A stretch of 64,000 bases of DNA, from positions 61,382,001 through 61,446,000 of the forward strand of contig NC_058368.1 in assembly GCF_018350175.1 (NCBI RefSeq), written 5' to 3'. The DNA comes from Felis catus. Lineage: Eukaryota. The notes beneath the pieces are model-generated. The model saw only the letters and a list, made by a program, of their open reading frames with translations. It ran no database searches and had not been told where the DNA came from. Position 1 is the stretch's first letter; every line of letters starts with the position of its first letter. Of this stretch, positions 1-13,664 are shown in pieces. Both the position numbers and the translations under genes were made by a program.

Positions 1-829
1 GGAGTAGGCACACTACTGAACTAGATCATCTTAATTCAGAGATTAGAATGATCCAGCCCTGAGCTTCAGTCACTGTATAGTCTGCTAACATTCTTTGAAA
101 GGTATAATCCTGAATGCTTGGAGCATTCACTAGGGCCTTCTCAAGGTTAGCACACTTGCAGTCCATTCTTACTGTTAGTTCTTTCATCTTGGGGAGAAAA
201 AAAAGTTCAGCTTCTCTTCTTCTCAACTCTGGGGATTGCCAAATGACCCTAGGAGAAAGATGCCTTAATCACCTCTTTTGGTTTCTCTTCTTTCTTGGAT
301 TTTTTTACCTTATAAATTCTGAATACATTATTAGCTCTGTGATGCTTTCAAATAAATGAAAATAATTTGTCCCGGTTTTATAGTTAATACTAGCAGGAAA
401 GTTGATTTGAAAAGCCTAGTTTGTAACTGCTAGAAAGGAAACTGAAAAGACTTGGAAAACAAAATAAAATGAAATAAAGATATCTCTGTGATTAATGCGG
501 GAATTATTTACATTTTATTTTACTACTTCCACTAGCATATTCTAATGACAATATTCTAACCACATTAGCCATCTGTAAAATACAACTTTAATTATTAGCT
601 TTTAATTTGGGGGGAACAATTGAAACATGATATACTTACACACCAAATGTTTGCTACTGGTTTTGCATTGAAATGTATAATATTATATAAGAAAAGATGT
701 GCATTAGAGGGAAGTAAGTAAGTAAAAAAATGAGAAATGTGATTTTAGGTCATTTTGATCCTACTGAAAAGGTGATAAATGTTAAGAAAATCAACAAATA
801 ACATATCGACAATTTCCTTTGGCCTATCA

Positions 830-1295
830 CATATATTTCTTGTCTGTGATGCTGTAATAAATTACCACAAACTTGTTGGCTTCAAACAAAGGAAATTTAG
901 AACTGAGAGGCTAGAAGTCCAAAATCAGTTTCACTGGGCTAATTTCAGGTGCCAGTAGGGCTGGCCTCCCTCTAGAGGCTCTCAGGGAGGGTCCTTCTCT
1001 TGCTTCTTCCAGTTTACAGGGGCTGCCTTCAATCCTTTACTTGCAGCCACATCATTCTAATCTCATCCTCAGTGTCAAGCTACCTTCTGTATGGGGAAAT
1101 CATCTCCCTTTGGGTCCCTCTTACGAAGATACATGTGCATTTAGGGATCACACAGATAATCCAAGACTCTCTTCCCATCTCAAGATCTTCATCTTAATCA
1201 TATCTGCAATGTTCTGGTAAACTATATAACATTCACAGACTCCAGGGATTAGGGCATGAATGTATGTTTTTGGTGCCATCATTCAGCATACCACA
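830..1295 (-). mobile_element. MaLR solo LTR (MLT1D/E-like)
   Basis: Typical MLT1 antisense text: 'gctgtaataaattaccacaaactt..ggcttcaaacaa', 'ctagaagtccaaaatcagtttcactgggcta', 'atctcaagatc..ttaatcatatctgcaa', ending 'attcagcataccaca'. Confidence 0.85.
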
Positions 1296-1382
1296 TTTTA
1301 TAGTCTCTCAGATCTGCCAAAATCAGTAAGAGAGATTTACAATAATGGTATTTTACACATTGATTATATGCCACTCTTTTAC

Positions 1383-1520
1383 TTTTATTTTTTATTCCAT
1401 TTTATTTAAGTCGGCTTCACGCCCCACAAGGAGCCCAATGCAGGTCTTGAACTCAAGACCTTGAGATCGAGGCCTGAGCTAAGAGTTGGACCCTTAACCG
1501 AAAGAGTAACTGGGCACCCC
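1383..1520 (-). mobile_element. Short old Can-SINE (SINEC_old-like)
   Basis: T-rich tail, then 'gagcccaatgcaggtcttgaactcaagaccttgagatc..cttaaccg..gggcacccc' (reverse of the tRNA-derived head); no CT tract. Confidence 0.8.
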
Positions 1521-2009
1521 TACACTGCCCTTTTAATAATGTGCCATGACATTGATTTGTTTCATTCTTTTTAGGCTGAAAATTATTAAAGTAGAAATGG
1601 AAAAATCACATACATTGACAATTTATAATCAGAATTTATATTAATAAATGAAAGCATATCATATGACTGCAATGAGAAACATTAAAGATGTTTCATAGGA
1701 AATATTTAATATAGACCTGTGATTGTAAATAATTTCCATTTAAAATTAATCTCCTAGACTTATCTGGAGCACTAGATTTTCATTATCTCTCTTGTCAAGC
1801 ATTGTGTTATCTGAAACTTAAAAAGTAGCAGAAGCCTTTTAGTTCAAAACTTGAATTCCAAATTACTCTAATATTTTGCATTTGATTTTAGAGTCATTTA
1901 TATCATCCTCTAATCATTTTATTTTATTGTTTTTATGAAGTTGTGGCATATTTCAAATACCATGGAAAATTACAGAACTTCATGTGTTGCTTAAAACATT
2001 TTTAGTTTG

Positions 2010-2400
2010 GAGATCTTGAGCGTGATAATATGATTCTCTGTCTTAATTCTGCGTATAAGTTGGAGAGGACCCGAGAGGTGTAGAAGTCCAATCAGAGAGC
2101 TATTGCATTACTTCAGGCAAGAAATAAGTAAAATTTAGAAAAAAAATCATTGATATATGTGCAAAAAGGGGATGAAAGGGTGCATTAAAGCAATATTAAA
2201 TGACTTTGATAACACTTTGTAATGGATTGTTTATGGAAGATCTGATGGTATACCTGCCTTAGATAAGAAACTATGGAAAAGTATAGGATTTTAAATGCCT
2301 TAGGAAGCCATTATGATTTTATTAGGAGCATTCCAAAATTGATATATTGTTGAGATATCATTGGGGTGATATCAAATAGGTAGCTGAAAAGTTATTGAAA
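2010..2400 (-). mobile_element. L2 fragment
   Basis: 'agtccaatcagagagctattgcattacttcaggcaaga' resembles the antisense L2 3' region; heavily decayed. Confidence 0.55.
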
Positions 2401-4179
2401 CTCTATATATAAATAAATAAATCCCAGCAAAGATTATTTTTCTCTCCTGTGGTCCATGGTATATTCATTTATTGCATAAGATTGGCAAGTATTCTATTCT
2501 ATCCCGTGCCAAAGGAGATAGAGTATTTAAGTTTTAAATAATGAAATTTTCACAAGAATATTTAATGAAAATATGTACTTAGCCCAGCTGTTACTGTCAC
2601 CTGGGAGAAAGCTACTTGTGCATTCTTGTAAATGTGAACAAACATATTAATTGATTAAGATCATAGAACTTAAAGTTCTAAAAATTGAACTTTATAGTTT
2701 CCTCAATATTTTTACATTTTATGACATATATATGTATAGTTACATAGTAACATTGAATATGGAGTTTCTAATCCCTTATTTCTTTTTCAGTAGTATCAAC
2801 AGTCTAGCTTTCAGATATATTTCATTATCAAACACTAGTGCCTGTAAATATAACTTGTGATTACATATGATAGTAAAATTTTATTTTACCACATTATGGA
2901 TTATTATTAAAATCATGTGTTTGCAGGTTTCGTGTTTCTTCCAACACAGTTGTTAACACTACTCACCTTTTTAAACCTAATTTAAATGGTTGAAAATGTA
3001 ACTTTAGAAATGAATATAATAATAAAATAACATGATTTATTATTATGCAAAGATCTATCTTTCACTGATTTTTATATGTGGCCTATAAAGTGATATTTGT
3101 GCAACACATAAAGTACATGGATTTTGCATTCAGAGATTCTCGTTAACTAGGTTGAGAGATGCTCTAAACTCTAAACTCAGTTCTGCAGCCCATTCCAGGT
3201 GAAGTCCTGTGGACAGTCACTTCGTGACTTGTGAACAAAGCTGAAACAAATGTCCCTTATTAATGGCTTCCTCACTCTTAAGACACGGAAAAGCTTCCGC
3301 TGAAAGCATGGAAAGGTTTGACTAGGGATCAGTTATGTCCTTAGGGACTTAGACCTTTAAGTCTTCAGTTTTAGAACCACCTAAGCCTGGTGGATGTTCT
3401 TTTCTATTTTGTTGAAGAATTTCTCTTTCACACATTTCTGTTCCTTTAGGAAACTGGTAGAATAATATATTTTTGGTCAAATTTTGACTACCCTCCAATC
3501 ATGTTGTGTTACTTTTCTGCAGGGGAAAATGTGGCTGCTGTATTTTTACTGATTTCTTTCACTGTTCTGTTTTCTTAGAAAATAAACTTTACAACATTTA
3601 GGACTATTATCGATATTTTTGCCAGTCATATGTCAAAATATAATTTATTTTCAAGAAATATATTCTACATATTTGTGAAATGATTATTTTCTTCATATTT
3701 CTTTTCTATTTTAATTATAATGTAAATATAAGTAAGTTCTATTAAGAAATAAATTAACGCAATGACCAATTGTGTAGATCAATAAGGAGGATTAGTCAGT
3801 TGCTCAGACTATTTCTAGGAGAAGTCACAGGTAGTATAAATGCAAAGAGCTTTGACTTCCAATCCCAGTGAAACTGCATATGTTACTGACCCAAGATTAG
3901 TTTTAGATACCTTGAATGCAGCATCTTCAAATGGGATCACAAATGGTCAGATGCCTATTAGCGTACACATAAATTATTTTCCCTAGAGATAGCTCACTTA
4001 AAAAAAGACATTATTGTTCTAAATAGGAATGTTTTAATCTCCATTCCTGTGATGTTGTTAATGAAATAGACCACCATAAATTTTCAGAGTTGAATTAAGA
4101 ATGCTCAGTTTCAGCATTGAGAATACTCCTGAGTTCTTAGCTTATTTTTTCTGACACCATCACATATTTCGCTCACTGG

Positions 4180-4797
4180 TTCTTTCATGATGCCACCCAG
4201 GTTGGTTACATTCCTTCCCTCATTAAGAACAAAACATAACAAACATCCTTGAAGATGTAATCCTACAAATGTTTGTGATTTTTTTGAAGATGGATAAACA
4301 GGAGTGGAATGTTTGGTTTATGGGTCATGCACATACTTATTTCCACCAACTACTGCCTGTTTTTCATAAAATACCAAATAACTTCTACTATCTACAGTGC
4401 ATAAAAATTCTTGTTTTCTCAAATTCTTAATCATATATTTTAATACGTATTTTTCTTAATTTTGTTATTTTATGGGCATAGTGATACTGTAATATTTTTA
4501 AACATCTAGTAGGCCTGTTTGCCTATCTGTACATTTCTGTTTCAGAATTTAATTTTCTTATACATATATACTCCACTGTGAATTATAGAATGAATTTGAA
4601 AAGTTACTTAGATTTTAAAAAGTAAGAATTTTGATTGGAATTTTATTGAATTGGAAGATAATGGGTTAGAATTTAAATAATATTTTTATATTTTTCTATT
4701 GACAAGCATAGGCTTTATCTATTCAGATCTTAGTTTATGTTACTTTATGTGTTCTGTATTTTTCTACATAAAGACTGTATGTATGATTTAGTTTGAT
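4180..4797 (-). mobile_element. Old L1M fragments
   Basis: 'ggataaacaggagtggaatgtttggttta' and 'gaattttgattggaattttattgaatt' resemble antisense L1 3'/ORF2 sequence. Confidence 0.5.
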
Positions 4798-4810
4798 TCA
4801 TGAACATTTT

Positions 4811-5027
4811 TTTTAATTTTTTTTAACATTTATTTATTTTTGAGACAGAGAGAGACAGAGCATGAACGGGGGAGGGTCAGAGAGAGAGGGAGACATAGAA
4901 TCTGAAACAGGCTCCAGGCTCTGAGCAGTCAGCACAGAGCCCGATGCGGGGCTCGAACCCACGGACAGTGAGATCATGACCTGAGCCGAAGTCGGCCGCT
5001 TAACCGACTGAGCCACCCAGGTGCCCC
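4811..5027 (-). mobile_element. Can-SINE, young felid SINEC_Fc type
   Basis: Full head, (GA)n tract and T tail; TSD tcatg(a/c)acatttt at 4798-4810 and 5028-5040; many CpGs retained. Confidence 0.97.
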
Positions 5028-5665
5028 TCATGCACATTTTATAGATTAAACCACTGCACTGAATAGTAATTTTCTGTAGTTCAGTATGTTTGCTATTGGT
5101 TTTTTAACATGTATTTTTATATATGGCATTCATGTTTAATGATGAATTCGATTAATTCTGATAACTTGTCTATTTCTTCATGGCAATTCTATGTTGATGG
5201 TCATATTGCAGATATTGGCATTTGATTCTTTCTCTTCCATTTCCTTTTTCTTTTACTTACCTTATGGCATTGACTGGGGTATGCAATCATGTGTATTTTC
5301 CAACCCTTTTCTCTTGGAGTGATGAAGTTTGCAGAGAAAAATCATGCAGTCTTCTAAACACACAAATGATGCAAGCCAATAGCTGGATTTATCAATTTTC
5401 AGTGTATATAATTACATGTGATTCCTCAATTCGCAATAAGTGATAACACTTAATGCATTATTGTTTATCTCTTTTTGTCTACCTACGATACTTCAGAGGT
5501 GTACCTGGTATCATCCAATAATTGAGAATTTTTTTAGGCTCTTCCAGTTGGATCAATTTACTTCTGGTCTTCTTCCATTGGTAGTTAAATTTTTGTTTTA
5601 ATCGAAATACTGAAGATATTTTCTACTTGCCTCTCTGATTGTAACTTAAAAATAAATTTACTGTC

Positions 5666-5870
5666 GGGGCACTTGGGTGGCTTAGTTGGCTGTGTCTGAA
5701 TCTTGGTTTTGGTTCAGGTCATGATCTCACAGTTCGTGAGTTCAAGCCCCACATGGGTCTCCATGCTGACATGGGTCTCCTGCTTGGGATTCTGTTTCCC
5801 TCTCTCTCTGTCCCTCCCCTGTTCATACTCTCTCTCTCTCAAAATAAATAAACTTTAAAAATAAAATGAA
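5666..5870 (+). mobile_element. Can-SINE
   Basis: 'ggggcacttgggtggcttagttgg' head, CT tract, 'aaaataaataaac' tail; TSD ending tttactgtc on both sides. Confidence 0.95.
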
Positions 5871-5990
5871 ATATGTTTACTGTCTTTCATCTCATCATTT
5901 CTGACCTTGTGGGTAAAAACAAATAGGGAGTTTTAGTTCCATTTCATGAATCATAATAAAATAGATGTAACTTGTTTTCAACCCACCATT

Positions 5991-6194
5991 TTTAATTTTT
6001 TTAAGTTTATTTATTTATTGGAAGAGAGAAAGCATAAGCAGGGGAAGAGCAAAAGGAGAGAAAAAAATCCCAAGCAGGGTCCACACTGTTAGCACAGAGC
6101 CTGATGTGGGGTTCAGTCTCACAAACTGTGAGATCATGACCTGACCCCAAATTAAGAGTCAGACACTTAACTGACCGAGCCACGCAGGCACCCC
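5991..6194 (-). mobile_element. Can-SINE
   Basis: Reverse SINE ending 'caggcacccc'; degenerate TSD tcaa..accattt. Confidence 0.95.
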
Positions 6195-8398
6195 TCAATC
6201 GACCATTTAGAATAGAAATTTACTAGACCTCTTGGCGCTGGGTTTTCTTACATGACCAGCATAATTAATTAAGCAGACAAATGATCATGAAGCACCCATA
6301 TATCACCTATTAAAGTCATGATAGAGTGCTTAAAATGGAATTACATACAATCACAGTGTAGTTATTTTAAGTACATGAACAATTACAAGATAGACATTCA
6401 TAATATTGCTTATTGCTGGATTATCAAGACTGTATACTCTCAGCCTAGAGCTTAAGGAACGCTCAGAATATCTACCCAAATTCTGATTAAAATACTCAAA
6501 AATTGTTAGTTTTATAAGCAATGTCAGAAGTGGGGAAATAATAACCATATTAACCATAACGTATTTGACTTTTTGTGATGTACTAAAATGTGATATTTAA
6601 TTCAGCATTTTTTCTTGAAACTTTATTATACTTTTAATTGTAAAAGTAATGTATTTTCACTTTAACAAATCAATAAATATAAAAATGTATGATATTAAAA
6701 ATAATAACCTCTCTTCATTTGTCACTCACTCCCAGCTAATGTTTAGAATTTGAATATGAGAAAACATTTAAAGATATATAAGTATATGAAAAACTTCAAA
6801 ATAAGATATAATGCAAATATATAGTTATTCACACATACTATGTAAATGTGTATGTGTATATATATGTGTATATGCTTTATATGTAAACACATTAAAAAAT
6901 GAAGAAATAAAACAGAAAGATGACTGATTATATGATACAGCCTGGATCAAAGAGTAATATCATATAATTTAGATATATGTTTTTTCTAATAATATTTGAT
7001 ATATAAAATGCCCTCCTTGATGTCTTTAGTAACCAGTGTTTTAATGCTGGGTTTAATCTAATGTAATACTCTTACAGAATATTCTTAATATTCTGTAATG
7101 TAATATGGATTCTCTTGTAGACTGTTATTTTCAAAAAAATTAGGAAATGAATACCATACTTCCTCTAAATTTTTGTTCCTTTGAGAACTCTTTAAATCTT
7201 AATCCTCCACCTCATATATCAACTGAGATACTATTTTATTGTCTTATATTTCCCTTTAGTATAGTTCCTGTACACCACGTCTTTGCAATTGAGCAATTCA
7301 TTGTTTAGCTCATATATTTGGGGTTGGATCATGTGTTGTAGTTGCTTATTAGAAGTGCCAGTCTTGCCTGAAACTTATTTAAATTAGAGTTATCTAATCT
7401 TTTGGGAATAGCCATGGTATTTAGATTTTCTTGTTTTGTTTGGAAATTTTGATTTATGTCATTTTTCCTGTGACTTTTATATACTTCACTGGGAAAATTT
7501 CACAAAAACAGAGACAGGAAGTTCTTCGTGGTTTACTTAGAGTCTCTGAAGCTAATTTACAATATTAGTACCAGTAATTTGAACATGAAAAAATAGCCGA
7601 AGTGCTATTGTATATTTTTAAAATAGCATGCAGCTTTTTAACATGGAGCATATAATTCTTTCATTCTTCATAACAAATGTATGTTTTTATCTAAGGTCAT
7701 ACAACGTGTTATTGGCAACTCATGGCAATAGAAGACATTGGTCTCTCAAGCAAACAATTTACCTTTTGTATTGTTTTCAGTGCAGAGTATCATAGTTAAG
7801 TGCTATCATTAATAGGAATTTGGACATTAAAAGTATATATCACAAAGAACAGCACTCTCAATTATATTTTCTATTACGTTTTTAATGGAGATCTACTTCC
7901 TAAAATGGAAGTAGGCACCTAAGTTTATTTAATTCATTTTCTACATATAACAAGATAGCTCTTTTTTTAAATAAGATTAAAAGTTTTTCCCAGAACCCAA
8001 TGGTCATGGTTTAGATTTGTCATTAAAGTGACTAAATCAAAGTTGACTTTATAAGGAAAATGTAATGATTTTAATGTTTCTGTTGGAGACAAACTTAGTG
8101 TTTGAATGCCACTAATATTTCCTGCAATAGACTAAGTTATGTCATAGAAGAAAAACACTTACTTGAAATTATTTCTACATGGAAGCATTTGCAAAAAATG
8201 CCCTTCCCTCCTAAAACTCAATACTAAAATTTAATTAACAACAAAAGTAATGTAGAACAACACAGTCTGGAAAAAAAAACAGGAATTTGTAGTTTCATTT
8301 TTATATTCAGACTCTTCAGTTTATTTGTATTGGTTTAGTGGTGAACTTTACAAATATGAATAAATAAGAATTTGTTAACAATTCAAGAATATTTGATT

Positions 8399-8606
8399 TT
8401 TTTTAAATGTTCATTTATTTTGAGAGAGAAATAGCACGAGCAGGGGAGGGGCAGAGAGAGAGGGAGAAAGAGAGAATCCCAAGCAGGCTCTGCCCCACCA
8501 GTGCAGAGCCCAATGTGGGGCTTGAACCCACATGCCATGATGAGATCATGACCTGAGCTGAAACCAAGAGTCAGATGCTTAATGGACTGAGCCACTCAGA
8601 TGCCCC
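8399..8606 (-). mobile_element. Can-SINE
   Basis: Reverse SINE; TSD aagaata(t/c)ttgatttt. Confidence 0.95.
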
Positions 8607-9196
8607 TAAGAATACTTGATTTTGATTTAACAGTAAACATTTCTGACACATTCTAATCCTTGTAAAGCCTTTTACTACAGCCCACCTCCCCAGAATTAAG
8701 AAGCATATGTCTACAAGAAAAATGATCCTAAGAATTCATTTATGATACCAGGTTTAAGTAAAAATAAGTATTGTTTTCTCCTTCAAACCTACCCAAGGAA
8801 GGGAATGCTGATAAAAATGCATGCAAACAGAAATAATTGCATGTTTATCTGTTAGAAAAATGTGTTTAAGGGAATGTGAGCAAATGCTCAAGAATACAGG
8901 ACCCATTTAACTCATGATATAATTTTTTCCCTTTGGGAATATTATTGTCTCTGTTCACATTTTTAGCCATTCAGCTCACCCCACCAACATTTTCTATGAT
9001 GTGATGTAATCAGGTCCTCAAATCTCATGTGATTCCCGAATTCAAGATTCCCAGGATATGTCCTGGAATCTGCAAATAAAGAAAAACTCTCTCTAGGTAG
9101 TATAATCTATAGAGGCAACATTTGAATGCTAAACCCTCTTCCATCTGAGGACTTGCAAGCCTCACATCATTATGATTAACTAAAATTACACCACCA

Positions 9197-9446
9197 GGGC
9201 ACCTGGGTGGCTCAGTAGGTTAAGCATCTGACTCTTGATTTCAGCGCAGGTCATCTTCTCATGGTCATGAGGTGGAGCTCTGTGACCATCTCCACACCTG
9301 CTTAAGATTCTCTCTCTTCCTCTCCTTCTGCCCCTCCTCTGTTTGCACGTGGGCATATGCTCTCTGAAAATGAAATAAAATAAAAAATAAATAAATAAAA
9401 TAAAATAAAATAAAATAAAATAAAATAAAATAAAATAATAAAATAG
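9197..9446 (+). mobile_element. Can-SINE with expanded (TAAAA)n tail
   Basis: SINE head at 9197; perfect 16-bp TSD taaaattacaccacca at 9181-9196 and 9447-9462. Confidence 0.95.
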
Positions 9447-10105
9447 TAAAATTACACCACCACACAAGGCAATTCAATCCAATCCAGTCATTACTGCTGC
9501 TCGGAATATATCTGTTGTGCTGTCACTACCTTGAGTTTCTCTTTCATTTTATTCTCTGTGTTCCCCAATCTTCCCATATAACATATGACAATTCTGCTAC
9601 AATATTAACAAATTTAATGGCATCCACATTTCATTCACATATTAACTGAAACTTTTTTCTACTCTTGAGATGATGCTTCCTCTGCAGTGTTCTTAGTGTT
9701 TAGAGTTCTTTTACTGATGGTATAAGTTTGGGACAGTCTCCCCTCCACTGCCACCACGTCCAAATAGTTACTCTTTCTCCTTCATATAAAACCATTATTC
9801 TTTTGGGTCATATGTAATTTTATTACCTGCTTTCCATACATGTTATAATCTAGAAACTGCTTCCATCAAAATCTTTCATAGCCAACTAAAAGCGTTATTT
9901 TCTTATTCTAAGTCATGCCATTAACATAAAAAATGATACCATCAAATATGATATAGCTAAAAGCCTCAACCTTTAATTCTATAATTACCTTAAGAGCAAG
10001 ATCATTTTCTGCATTATTTGGAAGTAGAACCCCTCCAGGGTCTGGTCTGCAGCAAAGAACTGCTTTATTTTCTACCTGGTCATCCTGCTCTTTGACCACG
10101 GCTTG

Positions 10106-10350
10106 CTTTCTTTCTTTCTTTTTTTTTTTTTTTGAATGTTTGTTTATTTTTGAGAGAGAGAGAGAGAGAGAGAGACTGAACGTGAGCGGGGAAGGGACAG
10201 AGAGAGAGAGGGAGACACAGAATCTGAAACAGGCTCCAGGCTCTGAGCAGTGAACACAGAGCCCAACGTGTGGCTCAAACTCACAGACCGCGAGATCATG
10301 ACCTGAGCTGAAGTTGGACGCTCAAACGACTGAGCCACTCAGGCCCCCCC
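10106..10350 (-). mobile_element. Can-SINE (SINEC_Fc type)
   Basis: Reverse SINE with 'gaatctgaaacaggctccaggctctgagc'; TSD gaccacggctt at 10094-10104 and 10351-10361. Confidence 0.96.
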
Positions 10351-10487
10351 GACCACGGCTTTCTATACTTCAGCTCATCACCACACGTTCTCTCAACAAG
10401 AACAACCACACACAACACACACATAAACCTTTTTTTTTTAGGGCTTAGTCATCATTCCAAGAGCTTTACCATACTAACTTGATGAAT

Positions 10488-10655
10488 TTTCAAACCCTAT
10501 CATGAAATAGGTACTATTATGATAGCCACTTTAAATTTGAGGAAACTGAGGCACAGAAAATTCAGTCACCTGCCCAGTGTTACTGTATTAATAACAGCGC
10601 AAATGAATTTCAAACCAATGCAGCATGATTTAGTATTCATGCCCTCAATTACTAC
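10488..10655 (-). mobile_element. MIR
   Basis: MIR core 'tttgaggaaactgaggcacagaaaattcagtcacctgcccagtgt'. Confidence 0.85.
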
Positions 10656-11240
10656 AGTTAATTACTCTTGTGTATCAAAAATTCAAGTAGGTAGGGTCAT
10701 CTATGTTCATGTTTGTCATCCTCCTCAATTCCTGATCATTTGACCAATAATTTTACATTTATATTTATACCAATATGGTTCTATCCCAAAGCCTGGCAAA
10801 ACTTGAACCGAAATTTTGCCTATACATTCATATTTTGCGTTTATTAATAATACAATTTAAGTCACCTAATAAATATGTCCATGCTCTTCTTTGTTTTGTT
10901 TTTAATAAAATCAATAGCAAAGCTTTCACTTAGCTACTCGAAATCATTTATTTTACATGTTCATGTAAGCAGCAATATATACATCTAGATATAGATATAT
11001 TTCTGATGTATAAATATGTACTTTTGCTCACTTCCCAACCTATTAGCAATATTGAATAGATTTATTTTTGTTATTTTAAAATATAATTTACTTTTATTAT
11101 TTCTCAGAGACTAACCGTATTTATATAAAGGTAAACTAAATAATTTGATCATATGTTTTTCTTCAGTGACTGCATTTGTTGTTATTTATCTAATTCAGTA
11201 GTGATATTACAAGTGGGTTGTCATTATGTCACTTTTGGAT

Positions 11241-11668
11241 TTAAAAAATTCTTTTTAATGTTTATTTACTTTTTAAAAAATTTTTTGTAACGTTTATTTA
11301 TTTTTGAGACAGAGAAAGAGCACAAACAGGGGAGGGTCAGAGAGAGGGAGACACAGAATCTGAAACAGGCTCCAGGCTCTGAGCTGTCAGCACAGAGCCC
11401 CACGCGGGGCTCGAACTCGCAGACCGCGAAATCATGACCCGAGCTGAAGTCGGACGCTCAACCAACTGAGCCACCCAGTTGCCCCGTTTATTTACTTTTA
11501 AGAGAGGGAGACAGAGAGCGCAGAGGAGGGGTAGAGAGAGAAAGAGACTCAGAATCTGAAGCAGGCTCCAGGCAATGAGCTGTCAGCACAGAGCCCCACA
11601 TGGGGCTCAAACCCACGAACTGTGAGACTAAGTTGGGCACTTAACTGACTGAGACACCCAGGCGCCCC
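11241..11668 (-). mobile_element. Outer Can-SINE, interrupted in its tail by a second SINE
   Basis: Body at 11500-11668 ending 'caggcgcccc'; tail remnant at 11241-11273. Confidence 0.9.
11274..11485 (-). mobile_element. Inner Can-SINE (SINEC_Fc type), nested
   Basis: 14-bp TSD gtttatttactttt at 11260-11273 and 11486-11499. Confidence 0.95.
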
Positions 11669-12239
11669 TGGATATTCTTTTCTGGACAAATTTCCAGCCA
11701 GACAATTGGTTTCATTCTTGAGCTGAATTCCTCTGCCTGTGATGAACTTGAAGGTGAAAATGTATGACAGTTTATCAAATAGTTATCTCTATCATCCATC
11801 TATCTATTGTTCCACTTTACAAACATACAGAACTTTCACTGGCATTTATTTTAGCTTGTCTTTCTTTCTGATCAGCTCCATTGAAATCTGGTTGTGAGTG
11901 TGATGCTGTAACACTTGTCTGCACACTTAGGTTTCAGCTCATAAACTAGACTGTGGCTTCCACTGTTTTGCAGCATAAGACACTGGGGACATCCTCCTTA
12001 AAATCAAAGAATTGACTTGTTACTTGCAAGGTCTGTCCAGCCAAGTATTATTTGTTCCACTGGGGCTCAGGGAATACATTGCAAAAGTGAAACTCACATC
12101 TGACTCCAAATCTAATTTTAGAAAATAGTTGGAGCTACCCCTTCATCATAACTCCTTTCAACATTAAAGCAAAACTAACTGGTTTGAGCAGTCATTCTCC
12201 CCTTCAAGGTGAAAATACTAATGAGGATAAAGTATTTAA

Positions 12240-12460
12240 TTTTTTTAAAATAAATTGTTTAATGTTTATTCATTTTTGAGAGACAGTGATAGAGTGTGAA
12301 TGGGAGAGGGGCAGACAGAGGGGGGACACAGAATCCTAAGCAGGCTCCAAGCTCTGAACTGTCAGCACAAAGCTCTACATGGGGCTTGAACCCACAAACT
12401 GTGAGGTCATGACCTGAGCCAAAGTCAGATGCTTAACCAACTGAGCCACCCAGGTGCCCC
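12240..12460 (-). mobile_element. Can-SINE
   Basis: Reverse SINE; TSD ataaagt(a/g)ttt. Confidence 0.95.
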
Positions 12461-13664
12461 AATAAAGTGTTTTAAAGCGATAAATTATTGTACCACAAAA
12501 AAAGAGACACAAACATGAACTTCTAGGCTCCAAGAAGAAAAATAATAAATTATGTGAATAATTGTTTCTCTCTAGTATCTACATAGAAAAGTTTTCATAA
12601 TAACTACTTCGAGAGAGGGGTCCTGTGATACATTAACAGCTGTTGATTCTCTCTTGATTTCGACTGGTCCTAGAAGAAAAATAAATATTTTAAGGGAAAA
12701 AATATGTGAAGTTTTTTGTGACACTAGGGTACATTATGAAAGACAATTATATTTGAAGGCAACGAGTGGAAATGTAAAATAGGTTTTTTAAATCTTATTT
12801 ATAGGATAATAGGTGTTTCATATGCTATGGTTCAAAGTAACAATTAGGGAACCATAATACTAATGAATGTATTTTAATTGTTTGATTTCCAAAAAAGAGT
12901 GGCATTAATCACTCAAGAAGTCTAGGTTTTTATCCAAATGTATATAGATTTGGGGGCAATCATACTTTACGTTTTCAATGTATACTACTATTACTACTAA
13001 TAATAGTAAAAAGTAAAACTGAGGATCCAATATATAACATGAGTTATCTTAAATGTGTCCTTGTAAGAAGATAATGTCAGTCCATTTTAACTGAGGACAT
13101 GAAGATGGGCCATCTAAGTGATAAAATCACAGCGCTGACGCTTAGTGCCACATTACAAATCTACATGTGACTAACTTTAAAATTTGGAAACATAAACATT
13201 GATTTATAGCACATTTTAATATTCTACAAGAATTAATTTACCTTGATGAATGTATCTACCATTTGAAGATCTTTGTTTTATTGTCATCAAGTTATTTTTA
13301 ATGACTTGGTTGGATTTCACTTAACTAAAACAATAGTTGTCTTCTTCAGTCTTTGTATTGTTAAAAAAATACATATGTATTTTTATTGTCACTGGAAAAT
13401 ACAGAGTTCAATTAAGAGCATCTTATTATAAAAAGGATATTGAAATATCTGGTTTAAGCATAATATCAGACATTTTACCTAAAAAATCCTCTGAAACAAG
13501 AGAATTTTGGAAAAAAATGTTATTTATTATGTCTTTCTCTTAGAATTGGTAAGAAAATTATTCTGCAAAAATTTAAAGGCTATTCCTGAACGAATAGGTC
13601 TGTAAGTCAAGAAAATAGTTGGAAAAGTAAAGGAAAGTATTTTTTAGCCTCTCTTAAGATGGGA

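Noticed and set aside
26..248. Minus-strand 66-aa ORF preceded by a possible acceptor (tctttctcctag)
   Set aside because: No recognisable protein similarity, a short pyrimidine tract and no partner exon; cannot be supported without a database search.
4834..5037. Family of similar short ORFs (AQSVKRPTSAQVMIS...) repeated across the window
   Set aside because: These are translations of Can-SINE bodies, not a gene family.
7893..7914. Small hairpin ctacttcc-taaaat-ggaagtag (similar one at ~30057-30079)
   Set aside because: Stems of 8-9 bp occur by chance; there is no miRNA-length stem.
9186..9477. Hydrophobic FILFY-repeat ORFs
   Set aside because: Translation of the (TAAAA)n SINE tail.
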